The notes under the pieces: model-generated
The model's database searches: none
What the model was told of the DNA's origin: nothing
The model's input: the letters and a program-made list of their open reading frames with translations, nothing else
Part shown: piece by piece, positions 56,303 to 64,000 of the stretch
Numbering within the stretch: position 1 is the first letter of the stretch
How the letters are laid out: each line of letters opens with the position of its first letter
Made by a program: the position numbers and the translations under genes
Virus record (IMG/VR): IMGVR_UViG_3300032007_000003
Coordinates: 248,029-312,028 of that record
Source of the DNA: a virus
Taxonomy: Duplodnaviria > Heunggongvirae > Uroviricota > Caudoviricetes
Length of the DNA stretch: 64,000 bases
Reading direction: 5' to 3' (one strand)

Positions 56303-57697
56303 ATGGAATTATTCAAAGAAGATAAACATAAAAAGCTTTTAAAGAAGTTACAAGATTGCATTAAGGGCACTGCATTTGAAAATAACGTCTATCTTGTAGG
56401 TGGTTGTGTGAGAGACGCTTTGCTAAATGAACCCATTAAGGATTTTGATATTGTGGTATCAATAAAAAATGGTGGCATTATGCTTGCTAACCTATTGGCT
56501 GCAAAGGAAAAGTGCTATAAATTGGGTAGCAATCCAGTGGTATATCCCAAATACGGTACTGCAAAGGTTACTCTGTATAATGATGAAGACCTTAAGGACT
56601 TGGACATTGAGTTTGTTCAGACTCGTAAGGAGCAATATCATGAGGATAGTAGAAATCCAGAACAAGTATTTGGTACAGTTGAAGAGGATGCAAAACGCAG
56701 AGATTTAACCATCAATTCATTGTATTATAATATAAGTGATGAAAAGATATATGATTTTAACTTAGGTATTGATGACTTGGTTAATCAAGTTATTAAAACA
56801 CCGACTGACCCAGATATCACATTCAATGATGACCCATTACGTATATTGAGGGTTATCAGATTCTCTTGTCGTTATGGATGGGGTATTGAAAAGAATACTT
56901 GGTTAGGTATGGTTAAGAATGCTCATCGTATTAAAATTATCTCACAAGAGAGAATCACTGATGAAATTTCAAAGATTATAACTAGTCCAAACCCTTCAGT
57001 TGGTATAAGGAAAATGTTGTTCTGTGGTCTTCTGAATAAGGTGATGCCAGACATATATGACTTAACCAATGCATATGAATCAAGGAATCCAATGCTAACG
57101 TCATTTGACCATACCATGATGGTTCTTGATAAGGTACAGCCTTATATTGAGACTAGATTGGCTGCGTTATTCCATGATGTTGGTAGAATCGCAAGTGAAG
57201 CCAATAGAGGAATCTCACAAGATTTGTTTAGTGCTGATGTGGCTGTTTGTGACTTGAAACTCATGAAGTTCCCAAATGCAATAGCAGATTCTGTTGAGAA
57301 TTCAATTAAGTATCATAGATTCTTTAGAAACTATGCTGATGGTACTGTTCCACCAGATAAGAAGATAAGAAAGTTCATCAACTTATGTGGTGACAACATT
57401 GGGAACGTTGTTGACTTGATGAATGCCAACAACTTGTGTCAAACTTATGACAAGAAAAAGAGACAAGCATTGGACATTCTGAATAGGATTGAAGAACTTG
57501 ATGAGCTTGAAGAGGCTAAGAATGTTAAACTACCCATCGATGGAAAAGATATCATGAAGGAGTTTAATCTTAAGTCTGGACCTCATATTGGTAAACTTAT
57601 GGATTGTTTGAAGGAAGCTTACTTTGATAATCCTAAAATTACTAAAGAAGAGTGCTTTAAGTTGATAGAGGAAAAGATAAAGGTCTTGGCGGTATGA
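56303..57697 (+). CDS. cca: CCA-adding tRNA nucleotidyltransferase with HD domain
   Basis: 'VYLVGGCVRDALLNEPIKDFDIVV' is the class-II nucleotidyltransferase head. An 'LFHDVGR' HD motif is present. Confidence 0.75.
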   Translation: MELFKEDKHKKLLKKLQDCIKGTAFENNVYLVGGCVRDALLNEPIKDFDIVVSIKNGGIMLANLLAAKEKCYKLGSNPVVYPKYGTAKVTLYNDEDLKDLDIEFVQTRKEQYHEDSRNPEQVFGTVEEDAKRRDLTINSLYYNISDEKIYDFNLGIDDLVNQVIKTPTDPDITFNDDPLRILRVIRFSCRYGWGIEKNTWLGMVKNAHRIKIISQERITDEISKIITSPNPSVGIRKMLFCGLLNKVMPDIYDLTNAYESRNPMLTSFDHTMMVLDKVQPYIETRLAALFHDVGRIASEANRGISQDLFSADVAVCDLKLMKFPNAIADSVENSIKYHRFFRNYADGTVPPDKKIRKFINLCGDNIGNVVDLMNANNLCQTYDKKKRQALDILNRIEELDELEEAKNVKLPIDGKDIMKEFNLKSGPHIGKLMDCLKEAYFDNPKITKEECFKLIEEKIKVLAV

Positions 57698-57859
57698 CAA
57701 CTGCCAAGTCTTTTTTCTTTAATATATTTCTTTTTTAAGTATATAATATTATTATATATTAATTAAAATATATTATAATATATTAAAAAATAATAAATAT
57801 CTCAATAATATTTTTTATTTAGGAAAATTTTTCGTATATTTGCAAAAAGTATAAACAAC

Positions 57860-58090
57860 ATGGGAACATTATGTAAGAATTGTCCCGTAAGGGATATACG
57901 TAAGAAAACTGGAGAACCTTGTACCATTGCTTTTGCAACTAGGTACGGAAATAGTTGTGTTAACCTCGACATAACAGAACAATTGTTCAATAAAGAGTTA
58001 GAGGAATTCTCCAAGAAGAAAAAGACTGAAGCCAAAAAGGTTAATAAACCTAAGACAACAAAGAAAAAAGAAACTATTAAAACAGAATAA
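57860..58090 (+). CDS. Cys-rich small protein with basic K-rich tail
   Basis: CKNCPV ... CTIAF ... C, then a KKKKTEAKKVNKPKTTKKK tail. Confidence 0.35.
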   Translation: MGTLCKNCPVRDIRKKTGEPCTIAFATRYGNSCVNLDITEQLFNKELEEFSKKKKTEAKKVNKPKTTKKKETIKTE

Positions 58091-58093
58091 AAT

Positions 58094-58669
58094 ATGGGAA
58101 GAAAAATTTTAATTATCGTTGATGGTCAATACAGCTTTATTGAGGGTGGCTCTTTAGCAGTAGAGGGGGGCAGAAAAGCATTAGATAATCTTGTAGAGTT
58201 CATAAAGAACCATTATAAAGAATATGATGGTATATTCTTAACTGCCGATTGGCATCCAATTACCCACTGTTCTTTCAAAGATAACGGTGGTATCTGGCCT
58301 CCTCACTGTGTACAGTTCTCACAAGGTGCAGCGATATATCAACCAATTCTTGATGTATTAGATGAATTAAGGATTGATTATGATGTTCTCACCAAGGGTT
58401 GTGATGAAGACCATGAAGAGTATTCAATCTTCAAGAATGTTACTTCTGAGGCATACCTTAAGGCAATGAATAAACACAATGAGATTGGGGTTGTTGACAT
58501 TGCTGGAATTGCTGGTGATTATTGTGTCCTTGATACAATAAAGGATGGACTCATGGAATTTCCAAATACTGAGTTCCATGTTATCAATGAGTGTGTTGCA
58601 TCCATTGATGGTGGAGCAACTTTAAGTAAATTCGTTGATGAAAACGAGAGAGTATTATGGCACGAATAG
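58094..58669 (+). CDS. pncA: nicotinamidase / isochorismatase-family hydrolase (PncA-like)
   Basis: 'ILIIVDGQYSF', 'TADWHPITHCSF' and 'WPPHCVQFSQGAAI' match PncA signature blocks. Confidence 0.7.
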   Translation: MGRKILIIVDGQYSFIEGGSLAVEGGRKALDNLVEFIKNHYKEYDGIFLTADWHPITHCSFKDNGGIWPPHCVQFSQGAAIYQPILDVLDELRIDYDVLTKGCDEDHEEYSIFKNVTSEAYLKAMNKHNEIGVVDIAGIAGDYCVLDTIKDGLMEFPNTEFHVINECVASIDGGATLSKFVDENERVLWHE

Positions 58670-58878
58670 AAGTTGATTTAGCGGAATATCAAGGCATGAG
58701 AAACAAGATTAAGAGCTTGGAATCTGCCTTGAATTCTGTATCTGTTGAGGCTGCTACCAATAAGGAGATTATCGAAAATATCAAAGCTTTGGTAGTTGAC
58801 CTTGAGAAAGAAGGATTTTTAAATCGTTTATTTGCTTGGAAAAATGTCATTAAACCATTTAAAGAATTATTAACATAA

Positions 58879-58916
58879 AATTTTTGGTAGATTTGATATT
58901 TTTTCGTATCTTTGCA
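58879..58916 (+). promoter_or_regulatory. conserved promoter copy
   Basis: TTTTTGGTAGATTTGATATTTTTTCGTATCTTTGCA. Confidence 0.45.
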
Positions 58917-59392
58917 TGGAGAAATTAACATTAGATGTATTTAAGCATTTTAGGTTCTTCTTGAAAAAGAACAAGATATATGACCTATTTATGCGGAATT
59001 TCAGAAGCCAACCATATGAGAAGATTCATAATGTAGATGCATTCTTACCTAATTACATAAACATAATGAGAGAGTATTCTACAACACGTATGGGTAAAGA
59101 ATATCTCAGTGTATATGGAGCGATGTATCTAACGTTTAGGTCTTTTTGTTGGGCGAATAGAGCAGCATATAAGACACCAAATTCATGGAGCAAGTATTGG
59201 GCTACTATTTGTTTAAAATGGGCACTATATTGCATTAGGCATAATATTGAGATATGCACAGACGAAGACCTTGGCAGACTTATAGAATATTGGGATTCAT
59301 GCAAGTGGATTGACATAAGCAAATTATCATTTCAAGATAGAATAGTTATACAACAATTAAAGTGTAAACACAATAATGGAGACATATACTAA
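58916..59392 (+). CDS. hypothetical protein
   Basis: 158-aa ORF. Confidence 0.4.
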   Translation: MEKLTLDVFKHFRFFLKKNKIYDLFMRNFRSQPYEKIHNVDAFLPNYINIMREYSTTRMGKEYLSVYGAMYLTFRSFCWANRAAYKTPNSWSKYWATICLKWALYCIRHNIEICTDEDLGRLIEYWDSCKWIDISKLSFQDRIVIQQLKCKHNNGDIY

Positions 59393-60323
59393 AATAGATA
59401 CAATGCTAAAAAGATATATCTTTGATGGCAAGGAGTGTCCGAATAAGGATTGGTTGAAGTTCAAGAATAAGATTATCCTTGGCGAGTTCTCATTTAATGA
59501 GGCTGAGTATTTGTTCAATTGTCTTTGGGAAGCCACAAGTAAAATAGACGGTACAAATTCCAAGATTGCTTTCTTTCCTTCAGATGGACACATCGAAGTA
59601 GGTGGCAAGACCGACAAAGCTAGTTCACAGCATGGACAGTTTGAAATGCTCCAAGAGATTGGTGAGCGTATCAAGCCACAACTCTGCGCTATGTTCCCCA
59701 AGGAGTCAGCACGTTTTGTTCCAGTTAAGGGAAATGACAATAAGGTACAGTATTATGACGTACATGCTGATTTTAACGAGTATGACGAAAAGACTATGAT
59801 TGCTAAGTTGCAAGCCAAGTTCGATAAGAAGGATACTGTTATATCAGAAGGCTTATATGGTGTGGAACTTGAGGAAGTTCCTATCTACATCTACGGTGAG
59901 TATTTCGGTACTGGTATTCAGAAGTGTGGTTCTCGTTACATTCAGAATGGTAACGGCTTCCGTGTATTCGACATCAAGCAGCAAGGTTGGTGGTTGCCAA
60001 AGGAAAATCGTGATGCAATGTGCAAAGGTCTTGGTCTTGAGCAAGTACCATTCTTGGGCGTTATGACCTTGCGTGACATTGAGGATATGGTTCGTAGTGG
60101 TTTCACCACAAAGTTTGAGGGGGCTGCTGACCCAACCATGATTGAAGAGGGTATTGTAGCACGTCCTATCATTCCTCTTTGTAGTGGTAATGGTAATCGT
60201 ATTATCGTTAAGGTAAAGTATTGCGATTACATTGAGTATGACACTGTTCGCAAACAGTTCTCTGATGAAGAGTTTGCTGAGTTCGATAAGTGGTATCATG
60301 AGAATATTGAAAATAAGAAATAG
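59376..60323 (+). CDS. ATP-dependent RNA ligase (Rnl2-like nucleotidyltransferase)
   Basis: Motif I 'SKIDGTN' (KxDG without the Arg typical of DNA ligases). Motif IV-like 'EGIVARP'. Motif V 'VKVKY'. Confidence 0.5.
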   Translation: METYTKIDTMLKRYIFDGKECPNKDWLKFKNKIILGEFSFNEAEYLFNCLWEATSKIDGTNSKIAFFPSDGHIEVGGKTDKASSQHGQFEMLQEIGERIKPQLCAMFPKESARFVPVKGNDNKVQYYDVHADFNEYDEKTMIAKLQAKFDKKDTVISEGLYGVELEEVPIYIYGEYFGTGIQKCGSRYIQNGNGFRVFDIKQQGWWLPKENRDAMCKGLGLEQVPFLGVMTLRDIEDMVRSGFTTKFEGAADPTMIEEGIVARPIIPLCSGNGNRIIVKVKYCDYIEYDTVRKQFSDEEFAEFDKWYHENIENKK

Positions 60324-60595
60324 TATATGAGAGATTTAACAAGGGTACTATTAAGGTCACTCATGTTTATTTTCCTACTTGTTGGATGTGGTGGTAACAT
60401 CTACTATATGTCTAGCATAACTAGTGATAACCAGTATGCTAGATATAATAGTAGAAGAACCCATTCAACTGTTACGTATGATGAAAATGGATATAATGAG
60501 TACCAACAGCCTCAGTCAGACACAATCAGTATTAATTCAGATGATGACGAGAGAGAATATTTAGATTCAAGACCTACTAGGCAATTTTACTACTG

Positions 60596-61033
60596 ATGAT
60601 ATATGTCGTTTGTAAATTAGGCAATGGGGAAACATTACACACAAATTCCAAATATGGCATTGGAGATTATGTGGAGATAGTTGATGGTGGTCATCAATAT
60701 AGTGGTTATACTGCTGCCTATCAATATTTTTGGGGCGGTGTTGAACGTTATTATATCAATTACAATTTTGATAATGGAGAACCACATAAGGAAGTTCCTA
60801 AATATTGGAAGATTATCAATATGGCACTTGACCCTTCAGGAAGAACCATCTTATACCACATAAGAAGTGTTGATGGGAAAAATAGTGTGGTCGATGAAGG
60901 CGCTATTAAGTTATCTAATTTTCATAGTAGAAACAGAATACCGATTGGTGACGTTAAGATTAATCAACTGCCTTTCAATGGTAATGTTATGCCACATAAA
61001 TGGACAGATAAACTATATAAGGTTCTAACATGA
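60596..61033 (+). CDS. hypothetical protein
   Basis: 145-aa ORF. Confidence 0.4.
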   Translation: MIYVVCKLGNGETLHTNSKYGIGDYVEIVDGGHQYSGYTAAYQYFWGGVERYYINYNFDNGEPHKEVPKYWKIINMALDPSGRTILYHIRSVDGKNSVVDEGAIKLSNFHSRNRIPIGDVKINQLPFNGNVMPHKWTDKLYKVLT

Positions 61034-61455
61034 AACTCATAATTGAAAATTTTGGAACAGTTGAAGTACCTATCAAGATAGGCTATATCGTCACAATTAA
61101 AAAAGGTAGATATGGTTCAGCATTCTATTGGGATTACGTTCAGACATTACCTAAACTGTTAAAGGTTTGTCCATATCAATATGGCGAAGGAATGTACTCA
61201 TTCTATGTTGATGAGCATGGTAATAGAAAAGCGCATGTTCCAAAGGAATGGAAAATTAAACATATTTTTTTCAATGGTGGTAGTATTCATCATCTTTCTC
61301 TTATTGTGGTGTTGGTAAGTAGGTTTAAGGACACATTATCCGTATCCTATATGATGAATCACTCAAACGGTGTATGGGAAGAATATAATTCACCTTTCGA
61401 AGTAATTAACAGAGATAGGAAAGGATTGGAAGAAATTAAAGTGGAAAGGGTTTAA
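61030..61455 (+). CDS. hypothetical protein
   Basis: 141-aa ORF. Possible distant paralog of 61472-61855, with similar W/Y-rich blocks. Confidence 0.4.
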   Translation: MKLIIENFGTVEVPIKIGYIVTIKKGRYGSAFYWDYVQTLPKLLKVCPYQYGEGMYSFYVDEHGNRKAHVPKEWKIKHIFFNGGSIHHLSLIVVLVSRFKDTLSVSYMMNHSNGVWEEYNSPFEVINRDRKGLEEIKVERV

Positions 61456-61471
61456 AATAATAAAAAAAAAC

Positions 61472-61855
61472 ATGCTTGCTAATGTTTTTACATTTCATTG
61501 TATAAAAGACTTTGGTATTGTCTGGAATTACCAATTTCGTGTTGGTGATATTGTAACTGTTAAAAACTGGGGAAATAGATACACATATTACCCATCAGCA
61601 CACAATTATTTTAAAAGAAAACTTGGTATTCCTTATTATAATTCTGATGAATATTACAGTTGGAAACCAAATGACCTCTTCAAAATTAGAGCGATTGCTA
61701 GGCATCATAGGATGGAAAATAGGCTTCTTGCACTTATTGAAGATAGAAATAAAAGAGGAGTAATAATCAACATGGATGGTTTGAGTTTAGCCAAACAATA
61801 CCCATTAAGAAAGGACGAGAAATTAAATAAAAACATTGAAATAATAAAATATTAA
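61472..61855 (+). CDS. hypothetical protein
   Basis: 127-aa ORF. Confidence 0.4.
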   Translation: MLANVFTFHCIKDFGIVWNYQFRVGDIVTVKNWGNRYTYYPSAHNYFKRKLGIPYYNSDEYYSWKPNDLFKIRAIARHHRMENRLLALIEDRNKRGVIINMDGLSLAKQYPLRKDEKLNKNIEIIKY

Positions 61856-61859
61856 AAAA

Positions 61860-63104
61860 ATGGGAAAAATTAAGCAAATTGTTACGCATTTTACTGACAA
61901 TGACCTCTACACTTTTACGTGCCAGTATTACATTTTACACACGTATCCACGTGCAGAGGTGAGGTATGCATTCTTTGACCGTAATCACACTCGTTATCCG
62001 AAAGGATTTGGCGAGTTGCTTCAAGAGCAGATTAACGGCATGAAGGATGTTATTATCACAGAGGAAGAGATTGCCTTTATGAAAAGAAAAATTTACTTCC
62101 TTCCAGATTGGTATTACAATTTCCTTCGTGGATTCAGATTCAATCCCTCTGAGGTGCATATTTCACAAGACCAAAGTGGCTACTTATCAATCGTTATTGA
62201 GGGTAAATGGTATTCCACTATTATGTGGGAAATGCCAATTCTTTCTACAATATCTGAATTGATGCATGTCATCAATGGTGATATTGAGAAAGTGGATTGG
62301 GAAGCAGAATGGAACAGAGCATACGATAAGTGTTTTAAATGCCTTGAAAATGGTATTAGGGTTTCAGACATGGGCACTAGGAGAAGGTTTTGTTTCTATA
62401 ATCAACAAGTGGTTCTTGAGGCTTTTAAGCAAGCAAGACATGACATTGATTTGAAATCAGTTGCAAACGTTAGGACTGGAGATTTCATAGGTACATCAAA
62501 TGTTTGGTTTGCCAAGGGATTTGACCTTACACCTATTGGAACAATGTCCCATCAGTTATGTTCATTTGAAGAGTGTGTAAGTGGTGTGTTCGAGTGTAAC
62601 CATCAGTTAATGAAAAAGTGGTCAGACGTGTATTCTGGAGACCTTGGTATTTTCCTTCCAGATTGTTTTGGAAGTAAGGTATTCCTTTCCAATTTCTCTA
62701 AGGACATGGCTAAGATGTTCGATGGTATCCGAATTGACAGTGGTGATGAAAGGGAGGAAACCGAAAAGATGATTGAGAAATATCGTTCTCTTGGTATTGA
62801 CCCATCTACAAAGTCAATTGTTTATTCAAATGCCCTTACCATCGATAAAGCCATAGAACTTCATGAGTGGCTTGACGGACGTATGAAAGATTCATATGGT
62901 ATTGGTACGCACCTCATGGCTGATGTGACTAACACAGAAACCAAAGAAAAGTTCCCATACTCAAATATTGTTATCAAGCTTGTTGGTATGAGAATAACAG
63001 AGTCTCGTGAATGGCATGATTGTATTAAGCTGTCAAACGACAAGGGTAAAACATTGGGTGATAAGACTAAGTGTGAATATCTAGTGAAACAAATAGGGGA
63101 ATAA
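61860..63104 (+). CDS. pncB: nicotinate phosphoribosyltransferase
   Basis: N-terminal 'FTDNDLYTFTCQYYIL' corresponds to the NAPRTase 'TDxYKxTM' block. 414 aa. Confidence 0.7.
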   Translation: MGKIKQIVTHFTDNDLYTFTCQYYILHTYPRAEVRYAFFDRNHTRYPKGFGELLQEQINGMKDVIITEEEIAFMKRKIYFLPDWYYNFLRGFRFNPSEVHISQDQSGYLSIVIEGKWYSTIMWEMPILSTISELMHVINGDIEKVDWEAEWNRAYDKCFKCLENGIRVSDMGTRRRFCFYNQQVVLEAFKQARHDIDLKSVANVRTGDFIGTSNVWFAKGFDLTPIGTMSHQLCSFEECVSGVFECNHQLMKKWSDVYSGDLGIFLPDCFGSKVFLSNFSKDMAKMFDGIRIDSGDEREETEKMIEKYRSLGIDPSTKSIVYSNALTIDKAIELHEWLDGRMKDSYGIGTHLMADVTNTETKEKFPYSNIVIKLVGMRITESREWHDCIKLSNDKGKTLGDKTKCEYLVKQIGE

Positions 63105-63122
63105 CTCTCCCCTATTTTTTTT
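63092..63122 (+). terminator. rho-independent terminator
   Basis: ATAGGGGA...TCCCCTAT stem followed by TTTTTTTT. Confidence 0.55.
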
Positions 63123-63169
63123 GTTGTATTTGTATTAAATAAAATTAACGTGGGATATTTGGTTATCTC

Positions 63170-63553
63170 ATGTTTTTTTCATATCTTTGCAATATGGTAT
63201 TGGAGAAAGACAAAGTTTATAAGATAAAACATGAAAGCCAAGAACATCACCATGTCTATGCTTGGAGGACTTATATAATATGTTCTCCAATGAGAAGCAT
63301 TGACATTGATAATTTAGAGTGTATTAATCTCTCAAAAATAGAAAGATATACTCAGTTTGACTGCCATTTCGTAGTATGCTTTGATGGCGAGATTAGGACT
63401 AATAGAGAAGGTAAAGATAGTCAAACTGCTTTCTTCGAAAGTTGTGAGGTTATGCCCTTGGAGGAAGAAGACCTTAACGATGTGAGAAAGGCAGTAACTA
63501 TGATGGGAGCAAAATATAACAGAAAATTAAATAAATTAATACTAAATGCTTAA
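63170..63553 (+). CDS. hypothetical protein, tandem paralog 1 of 3
   Basis: Shares a 'YI(I/M)(C/F)SP' block and a C-terminal 'KYNRKLNKLIL' with the next two ORFs. Confidence 0.4.
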   Translation: MFFSYLCNMVLEKDKVYKIKHESQEHHHVYAWRTYIICSPMRSIDIDNLECINLSKIERYTQFDCHFVVCFDGEIRTNREGKDSQTAFFESCEVMPLEEEDLNDVRKAVTMMGAKYNRKLNKLILNA

Positions 63554-63881
63554 ACGAGAACATATATATAAAGCAATATATAGTAGTGTTGGAAGAAGTT
63601 GTTTGAGAAACTATATTATTTTTTCTCCAAAACGTGATATTGAGAATATACTTCTTTTTAATAAAAGTATGGTAAATTCTTTTAATATATTTCAGATAAA
63701 TTTAGCTGGCGATATTTCTCGTGGCATGTGTATCGGCTTTGGTAATTTAGTTAAACTTACCAAATCATTTACTGAACAAGATTTATGCGAAATAGAAAGG
63801 GCAATGAAGAAGTATGGTTGGAAATACGATAGAAAATTAAATAAGATAATATTAGATGTTGAAACGAGGACACGTATATAA
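63546..63881 (+). CDS. hypothetical protein, tandem paralog 2 of 3
   Basis: 'RNYIIFSPKRD' ... 'KYDRKLNKIILD'. Confidence 0.4.
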   Translation: MLKREHIYKAIYSSVGRSCLRNYIIFSPKRDIENILLFNKSMVNSFNIFQINLAGDISRGMCIGFGNLVKLTKSFTEQDLCEIERAMKKYGWKYDRKLNKIILDVETRTRI

Positions 63882-63915
63882 AGGTATATTCAATGTGCCT
63901 AGTCGTGGTCTTTCC

Positions 63916-64000
63916 ATGACTGGAAGACAATTTCGAAATTATATGATTTTCTCACCAAGAGAAGATACAATGAATCTTTCCATTTTTGGAAAGACATACG
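63916..64000 (+). CDS. hypothetical protein, tandem paralog 3 (truncated by the window end)
   Basis: 'MTGRQFRNYMIFSPREDTMNLSIFGKTY' continues past the window. Confidence 0.3.
   Translation, partial: MTGRQFRNYMIFSPREDTMNLSIFGKTY

Noticed and set aside
566-63190. A possible CRISPR array or other tandem repeat formed by the recurring roughly 40-bp sequence
   Set aside because: Copies are separated by gene-length, irregular spacers (0.1-5 kb). They have a degenerate T-rich spacer and always sit 20-60 nt upstream of a start codon. That is promoter behaviour, not a CRISPR array.
1-64000. Whether this is a bacterial chromosomal tRNA/rRNA region or a prophage with an integrase
   Set aside because: There is no rRNA, integrase, att-like direct repeat or housekeeping operon. 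The region has HNH and GIY-YIG homing endonucleases, a single repeated promoter, extreme tRNA density, DHFR, an RNA ligase and unidirectional genes. These are hallmarks of a lytic large-phage genome.

Overview
This 64-kb window appears to be part of a large double-stranded DNA bacteriophage genome, with a host in the Bacteroidota. The host inference rests on about 28 copies of a conserved promoter of the Bacteroidota sigma-A type (a -33 TTTGG box and a -7 TATnTTTGCA box, roughly AAAAATTTGGwwwTCTCA-N8-12-yATATCTTTGCA). Every credible gene is on the + strand, the sequence is AT-rich, and the minus-strand ORFs in the track look like artefacts.

The first ~40 kb is a dense tRNA island holding about 48 tRNA or tRNA-like genes, including one candidate amber-suppressor tRNA(CUA). 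It is invaded by four paralogous HNH homing endonucleases and one GIY-YIG endonuclease. Many of the tRNA-like loci are non-canonical:
- tRNAs interrupted by 40-100-nt insertions;
- 3'-half/5'-half arrangements that look circularly permuted;
- anticodon arms with a 6-bp stem and 6-nt loop;
- short acceptor/T-arm 'minihelices';
- a recurring motif, GGRAACnnACAGCAAGTAT, that starts at least 11 structured elements.

Protein genes of note:
- a tRNA maturation and repair set: a CCA-adding enzyme, an Rnl2-like RNA ligase, a PTH2-like peptidyl-tRNA hydrolase, and a HIT hydrolase;
- a dispersed NAD+ salvage module: PncA, PncB, a PncC/CinA-like protein, an NMN adenylyltransferase, and a Nudix hydrolase;
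- DHFR; an M20/M28-like metallopeptidase; a RecA-like ATPase next to a retropepsin-like protease;
- an OmpA-like outer-membrane protein; two S24/LexA-like peptidase-domain mini-proteins;
- two paralogous large proteins of 843 and 687 aa, the second with ankyrin-like repeats; and many hypotheticals.

No rRNA, CRISPR array, integrase or virion-structural gene was recognised.

All tRNA coordinates and anticodons were folded by eye and should be treated as approximate.
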